From NCBI GenBank assembly GCA_012295275.1, contig CM022668.1, positions 11,098,001 through 11,162,000 on the forward strand: a stretch of DNA of 64,000 bases, read 5' to 3'. A program made the position numbers and the translations under genes. This document shows, piece after piece, positions 14,418 through 26,376 of this stretch. How positions within the stretch are numbered: the first letter of the stretch is position 1; the number at the start of each line of letters is the position of its first letter. The stretch is from Chrysomallon squamiferum. Its lineage: Eukaryota > Animalia > Mollusca. The notes beneath the pieces were generated by a model, which was not told the origin of the DNA, made no database searches, and was given only the letters and a program-made list of their open reading frames with translations.

Positions 14418-14459
<42 letters not shown>

Positions 14460-16144
14460 ATGGTAAATGATTTTGTTTATTAGTTTAATTTAAACACGGT
14501 AATATCTTATTTTTCTTGCTGTTTGTCTTTAAACAGAATAAACTATTTATTTGTTTTTGTATTTTGTTTAGAAAACTGTTGATTTGTTCTCATATTTTCT
14601 TTACACAGTAAAACATTCTTTATTTCTTGTTTTTATACTCTGTGTCTTTCCAGCTATACCTGGTTGTGAGTACATCGTTATTCCAGGCACCACTGGATAT
14701 GACTTCTATCGAACAATTACAGAGTACCATACACGTGAAGAATGTAGAATGTTCTGTGACACACAAAACGGATACAATAATAAACCGTGTACTGCAGTAG
14801 AACATGAAGACGACAATTGTTATTTGTATTCTTCCGTTTTCCCTTATGGCTATTACTCTGGTTCAACAATGTACATAAAATCGTGCGAAGACGGTAAGAA
14901 AGTCTGTTGTTAAATATTCATTCAAGATTAGATGGTAATTTATGTCTTCTATTGATTTTTTTTTTTCTGTTAAGAACAAAAGTTGCAAATATAAAATATA
15001 CTAACAATCTGTATTTGTTTGTTGTTCTAACCAGTTATGCTTGACATGTTAATCAGATGAGAGAACCGGACGTAGAATAGTTTATATATGATTACAAACA
15101 TTTATCTCGAGCAATTGTAATCAGTTATAATGAAAATGATTTGCATAACTGTTTTTATTTTTTTTGTTTTCTTTCTTCTTCATCTTTCACCGATTATTAT
15201 TTAGCACTCCTTGTGTTTATTTTAATAAATCTATCTTTATTTTAGATATTTTAGAAATAAAATAAAAAAGATTTCTCTGTGTAGGCAAGGAACATTATTT
15301 TTCGTAATGAAAATTTGTTTTGTTTTCTTTAAAGAGTTTTTATTATCTGTCACAGGTACATGTGGATTACCATGTGCAAACGGCGCCACTGTAAACTTTG
15401 ATGACTGTACTTGTTCTTGTTTGAATAACTGGGAAGGCATTCTCTGTGGTAAGTTTATTCTTATTTGGTAAAATATTTGAATGAATGATAACTGTTCAGT
15501 GTAAAACTTAAAATAAACAAATAAATTCAGCATGCAGCGCAAATTGAAAATTAGGAAAAACTGATAAACTATTTGTAAACATTCAGAAGGTGACTAATGG
15601 TAAAGAAGAATCTGGTAAGACTCCATTAAAAACTTTCCTGAACATCATAACTACATAGGATCACAAAAAGTAAGGAATGATAATATACCTTGCTATAACA
15701 TTTCAATGCTTATTAGCCAAGATGAAAACGTATTCCTTTCTAATGATATATCAGGTGCGTGTGGATTTCCGTCTGAAAAGGGTGTAATTCTAATATGCAG
15801 GACTGTATTTGTTCTTGTATGGAAGGCGGGAAGGCATTTCCTTTCGTACGTTTATTTATTTCTTTATTTCTTTTTTATATATTTATATATTTATTTATTT
15901 ATTCATTTATTTATTTATTTATTATTTAAATTCAGATGTATGCAACGAGGACTGTTTAAATGGCGGAGTGTTAAACTCAGATAGCTGTACCTGTTCTTGT
16001 TTGAACAACTGGGAAGGAGATTTCTGTAGTAAGTGTATTTTATAATTAATTCGTATGTTAATATGCAAAGAAGAAAATTTAAATCAGCAATTTCTCTTTT
16101 TCGTTTTATTTTATTTTATCTTTTTTTTTCTTAATAATTTTCAG

Positions 16145-16175
<31 letters not shown>

Positions 16176-17190
16176 ATTTTATTTTATTTATTATTTAAAT
16201 TCAGATGTATGCAGCAAGGGCTGTTTAAATGGCGGAGTGTTAAACTCAGATAGCTGTACCTGTTCTTGTTTGAACAACTGGGAAGGAGATTTCTGTAGTA
16301 AGTATATTAATTTATGTCATAATACGGCTTTATTCTCACGTCAGTTCCTATAACTTATGCCTTTTCAGTTGTATTTATTTATTTATTTATTATTTAAATT
16401 CAGATGTATGCAACGAGGACTGTTTAAATGGCGCAGTTTTAAACTCAGATAGCTGTACCTGTTCTTGTTTGAACAGCTGGGAAGGAGATTTCTGTAGTAA
16501 GTATATTAATTCATGTCATAATACGGCTTTATTTTCACATCAACTACTGTGATTTATGCCTTTTAAGTTTTATTTATTTATTTATTTGTATTGTGTCTCT
16601 CTTATTTAGAATATTTATCTGAAACTAAAGTTTATTTCATGTTCGCTGTCACCGTGACAGGTTACCAGTCAGTTATGTTATTATTTCTCTCTGGTTTTAG
16701 CCATGTATCATGTTTTGGATTGGCCTCATAAGCCGTAACTTCACGACAGAAGGATGATTGCAACACTCATGTATTTTTCAGAACCAGACTTTTGTTGTTT
16801 AACTTCAGTGACTCTCTTTCAGTTATTAATCATATTAATAAGCATTTTTTAGTTTTCGTAGATATCTGATGCTGTATGAATAATAAATAAACATTGATTG
16901 AATTCTATTCTTACAGATGAATGCAATCTAGTCTGCCAACATGGCGGTTTGTTGAATACGATATCTTGCACATGTACGTGCAAAGAAAACTACTACGGGG
17001 ATAAATGTGAGCTAAGTAAGTACTTTTTTACATACACACACATAAAAACACAGACACACACACACAAACAGACACACATACACAAACATACATTCTGAAA
17101 TAGACATGCTTGTTACTCCTGTACATATTCTTTCATACAAATAAATTTGATAAGAAGAAGAAGAAAAAGAAGAAGAAGAAGAAGAAGAAG

Positions 17191-17223
<33 letters not shown>

Positions 17224-17901
17224 AAGAAGAAGAAGAAGAAAAGGAAAGAAATAATCCAGAAAACAAGGAAATAAATAAAGAAATAACAGTTTCTTCTCCA
17301 TTTTGCTAGATTTGTTAACATTTTAGCTTATTACTTTGGATTTGATCAGACATGACATTGCTTTCATTTGTGATTTCACACGAACATTTTCCAGATTGCC
17401 ATGATGACGCAGTGACCATAATGCATCAGATAATAGAAAAAGAATGTAGAGGTTCTGGAATGTTGTGGTTCTGGTGTGTAAAAACCTGTCAGTTATGTCA
17501 GACTGGTAAGTTGATATATCTATGTACATACCATTTATAATTAAACAATAGTGAAATACATGCATATATATATATATAAAAAAATAAGCAGAATGGACGT
17601 ATTTCTGTCTGTACTACCTGTAAATGAATGTGTTTAAATGTGATAAATATTCTTTCATCAGTTTTTTTTGCAATCTCTTCAGTTCCTATTTGCATCCAAA
17701 GTTGACCTTAGGCTTTTTATCAGAAATTATTTATTTGATATGTTTTGTTTTCTATTTACTGTGATAGGCGTGGTGTGCAAGGACAGACAAGAAGAAAAGT
17801 GTCGTCATTTTGAAGAACATGCGTTTGACGAAGCCACTCACATGTTCTGTTATGAACGTGAGTCCCATGAGTGTCGACACCTCTGTTTGTATTCAGAATA
17901 A
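14266..17901 (+). CDS. Copy A: secreted PAN/apple - 5x EGF-like - 2x ShK-like protein (346 aa, 9 coding exons, apparently intact)
   Basis: Exons 14266-14350, 14654-14893, 15356-15448, 15936-16028, 16205-16297, 16404-16496, 16917-17015, 17395-17505, 17768-17901. All are bounded by AG/GT(AAG) and all junctions are phase 1; total 1041 nt, open to TAA. Signal peptide MNQKDIVLQIVLVGCLLLVSSA; PAN-like C..CRMFC..CTAV..CYLY..C; EGF CxxxCxNGGxxNxxxCxCxCxxxWxGxxC; ShK-like CVKTCQLC and CKD..C..C..CRHLC. Confidence 0.88.
14654..14893 (+). CDS. Copy A exon 2, PAN/apple-like domain
   Basis: 240-nt phase 1-1 exon TIPGCEYIVIPGTTGYDFYRTITEYHTREECRMFCDTQNGYNNKPCTAVEHEDDNCYLYSSVFPYGYYSGSTMYIKSCED; six Cys in PAN spacing (C...CxxxC...C...CxL...C). 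Confidence 0.82.
15356..17015 (+). CDS. Copy A EGF-like exon block (5 exons: four of 93 nt, one of 99 nt)
   Basis: GTCGLPCANGATVNFDDCTCSCLNNWEGILC; DVCNEDCLNGGVLNSDSCTCSCLNNWEGDFC; NVCSKGCLNGG...; NVCNEDCLNGAV...; NECNLVCQHGGLLNTISCTCTCKENYYGDKCEL; all with canonical splice sites. Confidence 0.88.
15755..15845 (+). pseudogene. Frameshifted EGF pseudo-exon inside copy A (also at 38280-38370 in copy B)
   Basis: tcag|GTGCGTGTGGATTTCCG...GACTGTATTTGTTCTTGTATG...; GACGFPSEKG / DCICSCME in different frames; 91 nt instead of 93. Confidence 0.65.
17152..17240. repeat. (GAA)n intronic microsatellite (paralogue 39414-39520)
   Basis: Direct reading. Confidence 0.95.
17395..17901 (+). CDS. Copy A two ShK-like exons (17395-17505, 17768-17901)
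   Basis: NCHDDAVTIMHQIIEKECRGSGMLWFWCVKTCQLCQT carries the CxKTCxxC ShK signature; GVVCKDRQEEKCRHFEEHAFDEATHMFCYERESHECRHLCLYSE* has CxD start and CxxxC end; 5 Cys each. Confidence 0.72.
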
Positions 17902-18230
17902 ACAAAGTAAGGTATTATTCTTTTTCTTTACTCTGTTTTAATTATTTAATTATTCAGTAGATTAATAATATCGAAACCAATAATAATTTGAAATATTATA
18001 AAGCAATTCTTTGTTAAATTTTTAATCGCATTTTGAGTAACTTTCTTAGGGGTGACAAAAAAAGAAAATTTAAAAGTTTAAATTACTTACTAAATAGTAA
18101 ATAAAGGAACATTTATTATTGCTGTTGTTGTTAATGTTATTGCTATATTAATGTTTTTATTTTTGTTATGATGATTTATTCTATATATATCCAAATCAAG
18201 GTATCATTAATCATTTTATTTTTTTTTTAG

Positions 18231-18420
18231 ATCTGAAAAATGGGTAATGCAGTTTATGAAAACCCTATGTCATAAATACGATCTCAGATAAAAGACATAC
18301 GCTCTTCAACTAGTTTCTTTGTTGTTTTTTATCAAAAGAAATAGCAGCTATCAGAACAAGAACACTACTACTACACATACTGTTAATACAACAATTAGTA
18401 GTACTAGTATTGCTACTAAT
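18231..18420 (+). other. Putative 3' UTR exon of copy A (homologues at 40510, ~120 and 51345-51450 minus)
   Basis: Donor just after the stop (GTAAG/GTATT at ~17907-17912) and poly-T acceptor ttttttag|ATCTGAAAAATGGGTAATGCAG; conserved among copies. End coordinate is approximate. Confidence 0.5.
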
Positions 18421-19528
18421 ACTACTAGTGATAATCATTATTATAATAAAAAATATTTAAAAAAAATCAAAAATAAATCAAGAAATAAATAAGTATACAA
18501 ATCAATGAAAGAAGAATTAAATAAATAAATACGTGAATAAACCAAAAACTGTATGTAAATAATTAAACAACGAATGAATGGATGAATGAATGAATAAGTG
18601 TAGTGTAACGCAGTAAGTAAATAAATAAGTGCACTTTCATTCATACATATTATTATCACCTTCTTTGGGATGTTAGTACTACTACTACTATTACTACTAC
18701 TACTACCACTACTATTACTACTGCTACTACTACTGCTGCTGCTAGTATTAGTACTAGTACTTTATTTTATTTTATCTATATTATCTTATAGACATGTTAT
18801 TCGACTGTGCAGTTTTTAGAAATATATGTATAATTGTCAGTAAATAAATATATAAACAAACACATAAACAAGTAAGTGCAACGAAAATATACAAATTGTA
18901 TATAAGGGAACTAACTCTCATTAAAACAGGAAAATAAACAGGAAGAATTAAGACGTCAAATTTCAGTAAGACTTCCTGCCATATCTCATTTTTCTAAATA
19001 TTATCTACTTTATTTAAGATCAACGTTGCACTGTTCAATATTATTTATTTATTTATTTACTTACTTATTACTTGCTTACTTATTTTTGTATTTATTTATA
19101 GGGGTATGCGTAGTTACTTCTGAACTGAATGAAACTCATACTTCCAACAAAATATATTTAAATCAGTATCAATGTAATAACAAAGGCTTAAGAGGCAGAA
19201 TTTTAAAATTAATGTAGGGGAATAACTCTTGATTTACTCTCTCTCTCACACGCTCACACACATACACTCACACACTCTAACGTGTACACACGCTTTCTCA
19301 ACAAATGTTTGATAATAACAATAAGAAGAAGGAGAAGAAGAAGTAGAAGAACAACAACAACAACAAGTACCACAAGAAAGAAATAAACCAGAAAACAAGG
19401 AACTAAATAAAGAAATAAAAACGTCTCTACTCCATTTTGCTAGACTTGTTAATATTTTAGCTTATTACTTTGGATTTGATCAGATATGACTTTGCTTTCA
19501 TTTGTGATTTCACACAAACATTTTTCGG

Positions 19529-19613
19529 GTTGCAGTGATGATGCATGAGATAACAGAGAAAGAGTGTCAGCATCTCTGTGTGTATTCAAAATAAACAAAG
19601 TCCTTTCTCTAAG
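19529..19613 (+). pseudogene. Fused ShK1/ShK2 pseudo-exon (copies at 41838-41922, 60663-60747)
   Basis: Preceded by a copy of the intron upstream of ShK1, acceptor AG>GG; ShK1 5' (..ATAACAGAGAAAGAGTGT) is joined to ShK2 3' (CAGCATCTCTGTGTGTATTCAAAATAA), followed by a copy of the post-ShK2 intron. Confidence 0.65.
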
Positions 19614-19725
19614 GTATTGTTTTTCTTTACTCTGTTTTTATTAGTTAATTATTCTGTAGATTAAGTATATAGAGACCAATAAAAATTTAAAATATTATAA
19701 AGTCATTTTTTATTAAATATTGTTT

Positions 19726-19864
<139 letters not shown>

Positions 19865-19907
19865 TGATTGTTTTCTTTTTATTTTAATTTTAAATGTTAT
19901 CATTATA

Positions 19908-19956
<49 letters not shown>

Positions 19957-21682
19957 CTAGAAAGAACAAAATGAAAGAAAAGAAAAAGAAACTACATACA
20001 TTTATTATATGTTATTCACTATGGTAACTTTTTCATTTATTTCTTTCTTTTCTTCCTATAAATATAATAAGTTATCTTTATTATTATTATTGTTGTTGTT
20101 GTTGTTTTTATTGCTTTTTGCTGTGTTTTATTTGTTTTATCTTGTTTTAGTGTCATATTTAAATTGTGCTCGTTTACATTTTTAACTGTCAGCTTTGCGT
20201 AATTATGAGAGCAGTATTAATATAAGTAATAATTATACAAAAAGCTATATGTTTGTTTCAATATTTGTATGTCCCATATATCTATGTCTGGCTTTACCTT
20301 TGTATGCACATGGGTATGTATATAAGCATATACATGTACATGCATTTATATGTGTGTGTATGTACTGAATTTGAATATATTGTGTTACATTATTAACGAG
20401 AATCTGTATATAAATAATGTTTATAAAATATACATTAGTATTCTACAAGATAATTCTGAAACATTTTTAACAAGTTATTTAGTAGCTTAGGGCAATCATA
20501 ACGACTCGAGAAGCACAATGTCGTGCCTTCACATAGATTGTATTCGTGAACACATTGGTAAACGAAGATCACTTCCATCATGCGTATCTGTGTATCTATC
20601 TATCTACCTATCTATCTGTATGTGTGTGTGTGTGTGTTGTGTGTGTCTGTGTGTGTTTGTGTGTTAATACTAATCAGATTGCTTTATTATTATGGTTCCA
20701 ATGCTATAAAAAATAGTTTCTTCGCTTGATAAGTTGTGCTTTCATTCAGTCTATATAGTTATAAGAAAATCATTTCATATCTAATTAATTTATTTGTTTC
20801 TCATACAGTTTCTTCTTTCCGTTAATATGGAGTGACCTGAAATATATTACCAATATCAAATAACAATATTATACCCAACCAGACACAAATTATAATATTA
20901 TACAAACATATAATATTTATACTTATTTATAATATGTGCGATGACGATGGTGAAATTTTATGATGATGATGCCAAGATCATGATAATAACTAACAAACAA
21001 ACATATATACAGAAAAGTAAAATAGAACATTCATTCGTGAATACATACAAATACGTACGTATATATATAAGTACAAAGATGAATACATACATTCAAACAT
21101 ACACACATCACATACATAAATAGAAAATTCATACTACTACTACTACTACTACTACTACTAATAATAATAATAATAACAATAATGATCATATTAATAATGA
21201 CAATATGTTTGCTATTTATTTATTTTATTTTATTATTCGTTTCTTTCAAATGCAATGGGGAATGCTGCTTTGGAACATATTAAAATTATTATTTAAATAC
21301 CATACAAAGAATGATACAAAGAATATATTAAAATGTAAACAAGTGAATGATACAATGCATATGTTTTGATATGCAATAAAATAAGTATGTATCCAATATA
21401 TTTCAAATGTAAAAGTTTAATATGTAATAATATTAAAACGTTATTCAAAGTATTAATATACGTAAAAACTGTATAAAAAGCTCTAATATTAATATTCTCA
21501 AAAACAACATATTTCAAATGTAAAAGTACTAAAACTTACATAACTATTTAATTAAAATGTAATTGTATTGTAAGTCGTATAAACAATACAATTTAATAGT
21601 TAATACATAGATTTTTAATTCAATTAGAATAGCATCAAAAAATCATATAAACAGTGTATTTCAAATATTCGTTTGTTTGTAG

Positions 21683-21772
21683 ATAAATGCAATCCACTGT
21701 GTCTAAACGGCGGAACATTTAACGGAGACTGTAGCTGCTCCTGCTCAGGAAAGTGGACAGCGAAATCCTGCA
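21683..21772 (+). pseudogene. Orphan intact EGF-like exon (remnant of a further D-type copy, or alternative exon)
   Basis: tttgtag|ATAAATGCAATCCA...TCCTGCA|gtaag; DKCNPLCLNGGTFNGDCSCSCSGKWTAKSC, 90 nt phase 1-1; followed by a D-type ShK2 fragment at ~22190-22270. Confidence 0.7.
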
Positions 21773-22544
21773 GTAAGTGTAACTCGATATAATGTTAGTG
21801 CAAAGGGAATGATAAGTAGCTTAATGCTAAAATAAGCAAACGAACATAAAGACGTTGATTTCCTCCGAATTTTTGCATTACAGGTGTTTTCTTATATGTG
21901 TGAGCATTTACGGATGCATGTTGCCCATGAATCGATGCATATATTTTGTGATGAACACCACAACGTGTGTCCGCATATCTGTTAATAGTCTGCAGTCTGT
22001 CAGGTACTGTGTTTGTTTCTTAGGTCATTGGTCGGTTGGTTGTTGATTGTCTGATTTATATAAAATAGAAAACGCTCAAAAAAGAGAAAGAAAAAATACG
22101 AAAAAAATAATTTAAATTATTATTATTAATATTATTAGTATTATTAGTATTATTGATATTATTATTGTTATTATTATTATTATTATGTCACTGAAAGGAC
22201 CACGTCTGAACAGAAATGAGCGTTTGAGTGAACATTTACTCAGACATGTTTCATTAGAGGCCTTACACGTTTAATTATATTTTTATCTATTTTAATTTTC
22301 ATCACGTTACTTCACTAACAATTAAAAGTATAAAATACTTTACTGATGTCACTTTTGTCATTCTTGCTTTTATTTTTTCGTTTATTATTTGTTTATTTCA
22401 GAATCTTCTTTGTTCACAATATTATTTATTGATTGATTTGTTTTTTTATTATTATTTGTTTTTTTATTTTTTTACTTTTTTTCTACCTGTAGAGGAATCA
22501 GACACATATATACTTCGATTTGATTTTGGGTTTTTTCTTTCGCT

Positions 22545-23200
22545 TCTTGCTACACATGAAGGACAGCAGTGAACCATACTGTACTCTGTAGATCGGTTTT
22601 TGTGCCATACTGCTTCTAATGGAGAGTTGTTGTACTTACCCAGAAGTCTGCCTTAGCTGTGCAGTTCTGGATGATAAACCCAGTCCTCTGTTCTGTTTTT
22701 CCACACGAGCACATGGAACCTCCTAAGCATCTGTTGGTTCTAATCATTGTATCCAGTGCTTAATCGGAAAATGGTGACTTGTTCGTTGCGGGAGAGCAGG
22801 TGATGGTCATCGGTTTGTTTGGCAGGTCTATAGAGAGATTTAGTACGAGATATCTTCTCTTCATATGTCACCCAGTTATCCTCCTGTTCATTACTTGCAC
22901 CTGCTCTAGCAGGTTTGTCTGCATTCTCATTGCCACAGTGAGCTTGGTTGACACTACTGATAGGGTGTAGCTCTTCTGAAACCCTGTCTACCTTGTTATT
23001 TTCAAGAGACTGGGGGACAGAGACTGCCACTGTGAGGAAGACAACATGTCAGCAGTTATCTCTTAATCTGATGGTGCTGGCTTTTTAAATGAAAGCCTCG
23101 ACCTGCAGCATAGTTTGTGTAGGACGATTTTCCTCCTCTCTGTAGCCACCAGGATCCATGATGTATTTTTCAGCACTTCTATTTTACACTGCATTTGTTT
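22545..23200 (-). mobile_element. 3' end of RNase H-containing non-LTR retrotransposon (I-group-like), decayed
   Basis: ORF 22740-23030: AHCGNENADKPARAGA..EQEDNWVTYEEK..LSRNEQVTIFRLSTGY matches the RNase H C-terminus (H.G..GNE.AD.LAK.GA) and the LSR.EQV.IFRLRTGH motif; PCG and YG..DLQ.T tail follow. Confidence 0.75.
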
Positions 23201-23639
23201 CTAATCCACAAATATATATATATGTGTCCATGATGTTTCTTGATACTTTCCATCAATAATGATTAGTTTTATAATTCGTTTTTTATGGTTTACTATATTC
23301 GTCTCAATGAATGACGTGTTGTACCCTTCCCCAGATCTTTACACTATGCAGTTGCTGTTCCCAGGATGGAATGCAGCTGACAGTGCTAACTTGAAACATA
23401 TTATTTGGCTGTTCTGCGAATATGTCTGTGTTTGCGTATATATGAGATCTATAAAAACGTTTCAAAACTATTTCCTTTCTATTAACGTGCTTTAAAACAG
23501 TTTTGCAAAAGGTTTAATAACCAGCTAGCTGCATTTTCATATAAAAAATAAAGTATCATGTAACGATTCCCAGCGACAGTATCACAGCTTTGAAACCTCA
23601 GGCTCGCGAGATTTGGATTTTCCCTCGGGAACGATCGTT

Positions 23640-23765
23640 CAAGGAGCTTGCACTCTAACCTGCAGTAGACAGGCAACCAGTCAGGTTCCTTCAGTACTGG
23701 CGATACGTGATGGTGAGGTGATTTCCTGTTCACAATGTGTGCTGCCGTATTCTGGAACGTATTTA
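23640..23765 (-). mobile_element. L2/CR1-group LINE ORF2 C-terminal fragment
   Basis: FQNTAAHIVNRKSPHHHVSPVLKEPDWLPVYCRLECKLL matches the QN.AAR.V......HITPVL..LHWLPV..RI.YK.L motif. Confidence 0.7.
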
Positions 23766-24344
23766 TGTAAAACATAAGATAATTATCATGCTGTACTGGT
23801 ATTTTACCACTTCCAGAACTAACTAAGAATAAAATTTATTACATTACATCTTTAAATATGAATCATCTCAGCACAGTTCTTGTTTATTTAAAAATAGTAC
23901 GATAATGAAATAACAATCCATGCCAATGCATCAAAGATGTATTTATTTATTTATTTATCATCAGCATCAGCGATACTATTATTGTTAATATTATTGTCAT
24001 TATCATTATTATTGTTATTTGTGATTGTTATTGTTCTTACTGTTGTTGTTTTTGCTGCTGTTTCCATTTTCACATAGAGATCAAACTTTCTATTCTGTTT
24101 ATGTAAATGTATGAGTGTATGAATTGGCCGTTTATAGCATATTCCTTACAAATAGGTAACTTAATGGATTCATAGACAAGGGGAATGACTCTTGCCTTTG
24201 ATCGGACCAAATTTCCGAGAACGACTGAGTATGTGTTCTTGTAGTGCATGAAATTATTTAGTTGTATTTTAGTAATTTATATTGTTTTTCATTATTACGT
24301 ATTTGATACGTAACGTAACTATAGTATCTTTATGATTATTAAGA

Positions 24345-24740
24345 ATATGGAATATCCATGACGTAGAATGACGTCATACAGGAATTCTTACTGCATGAAT
24401 CTAGACTGAATTTCCATACGAATTTGCTGAAAAGATTTAGTCTTAAGCTTCAGACTGGGTGCGTTGCAGACTTTCGGCGGCCATTTCTGAAGATGGTATT
24501 CTGTTTTTCCTCAGATATCGGTAAACATTTCGATCAAATTTGCCTAGGAACATACAATTTGAATTGTTTTGTTCTGTACAAAAATACGCAGTTACAAATA
24601 TGTATATTTTACATCAGATGTAGTAAAATAAAACAAAAATGGCAGAAGATGGTGACATTTTCTGATATAACTGCAAAGTTTTCTATGATTCTAAAGTAAG
24701 GTTTCTTTCTAAATCATCTAGAACGGCATAACGGTCATCG
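24345..24740. repeat. Dispersed non-coding repeat (diverged copies at ~240-535 inverted and ~49765-50070)
   Basis: Shared ATGACGTCATACAG, TCTTAAG(C/T)TTCAGA, GGCCAT and GTAAACATTTCGATCAAATT blocks; class undetermined. Confidence 0.5.
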
Positions 24741-24878
24741 ATGTAATTTCTTAAATTAAGATCCGCTGACATTTTATAACATGCAGAGAATATTTATTTT
24801 ATTTTATTGTCTTTTATTTTTATACCATCATGCCACTTTATGTAACATAAACGCAAACATACAAACACTCATGCAAAC

Positions 24879-24919
<41 letters not shown>

Positions 24920-25079
24920 ACATACACACAATTACGTAAACACACACACAGACACATGTACCTATGCACATAAATATATACACACATACCTACAAACATA
25001 AATACGTAGAAATGCCTTAATATATATACATTATAGATTCATACAGATATATATATATATATATATAGACAAGGTTGAC

Positions 25080-25230
25080 TTGAAGGCGGAACGGCAATGT
25101 CGTACGCCTTAAGAATGCGAGTGAATGAGTGTCCTGTGTTCGAGTCTCGTCAGCGGCATCTCACTGAGCTTCTTAGGTCACTGACTGGACTTTGTTCTGC
25201 TGCGCCAGTGTGTTCCCGAAATATTCAAAT
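25080..25230 (+). mobile_element. SINE-like element with Pol III B-box (second copy ~8400-8530)
   Basis: GC-richer island with GTTCGAGTC / GTTCGAATC B-box, followed by a conserved body (TCAGCGGCATCTCA..GGACTTTGTTCTGCTGCGCCA); no full tRNA cloverleaf. Confidence 0.4.
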
Positions 25231-26376
25231 CCTGTTACATCTATTCAGATGCTCACTCATATACACACACACACATACACACACATATGTACGTTCATCC
25301 ATGAACACATATAAGATATCATACCCATACAAATATCATATATATATATATACACACGCTTTTATAAATACATACATACATAGATGCATACACAAATATG
25401 TACATTCAAACACTCAAATTATTTCTCACCCATACCCCAAAACAAACAAACAAAAATTATGCTAATAAGATTTCAAGGTCAGATGAATATTTAATTAGCT
25501 TTATTCTGTGCAAGCGACACAGGAGAAAATTTCCTGGGTGACCGTTTCGTCTTCCATCCTCTCACTTTCAGGCAATCTAGATATTTTGATACAGATACTC
25601 TGATTGACAGTTGCTGATATTAATGTTATTAAAGTATAAAAGACAGAAGATTTCAAATTTATTTTGAAATGATTTCAAATTCACAGACGGTGTCTTCTCA
25701 GTTAAAATCGTGGCGTTTGATCATAAAATAAATATTAATAAAATCAATTAACATTAGCAGCTGCCTGTTGTTTATGTCAATAGAAGAAATTCTAAGAATT
25801 CTATTATCTCTGTGGAAAGCAATCTGCATACTGTGATATCTGTTAATACACACTGCTGATTTTATTTATTCCGTCTTTTCATGACAGAAGTTTAAAATCA
25901 AATGGCACTTGAAGCAAATAAAATCAGCGTACATACACTTTTGTTGTATTATTATATCGACCGCTGAACTGTAAATTAATTTGTTAGTTTTAACAGAAGC
26001 TCTTTATAACGCCAGTATTAAAAAGTTTCATACGTTGTCATAGTTAATACTCAATCTATTCTACATCTCATAAGATCAAAATAGTTAGGGTTAGGTTAGT
26101 AGTAGAGTTAGTATTAGGGTTAGATTTAAGTGTCAAGACAATTTTGGTATTAAATTTCAAACATTTCATTCTGAGTTTTAACTGATAAATTATTTCGTTT
26201 TTGTTTCTTGTTTTTTCTAATACATCCGAAGTAAAGTTTGATATCATATGTTTTGAATTATAATTCTTAGTAACTAAATACAGCTGAATAAACATTGAGT
26301 CAGTTCCTGTCATACATAGGAACTTATATCATAAGGAGCCGCTCACATTTTCTCAGAATCCATCAAATCAGCGATT

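Noticed and set aside
15237-15542. Repeated ORF MPSQLFKQEQVQSSKFTVAPFAHGNPHVPV (also 4917, 37753, 55333)
   Set aside because: Antisense shadow of the first EGF exon; the splice sites and Cys pattern are on the other strand.
15900-16500. Regularly spaced near-identical repeats resembling a CRISPR array
   Set aside because: They are 93-nt EGF exons with introns in eukaryotic DNA; no cas genes.
17885-18247. Hypothesis that a 2-nt deletion removed Cys6 of ShK2 (TAT T[GT] CAG AAT AAA CAA A|AT CTG AAA AAT GGG TAA = YCQNKQNLKNG*)
   Set aside because: Attractive because it restores phase 1, but the divergent D/E copies and the fused pseudo-exons have TAA at the same codon and share the GTATT donor, so the stop appears ancestral. 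Not fully excluded.
25100-25160. tRNA gene at GTTCGAGTC
   Set aside because: Only a B-box; no acceptor stem or cloverleaf found; treated as SINE-like.
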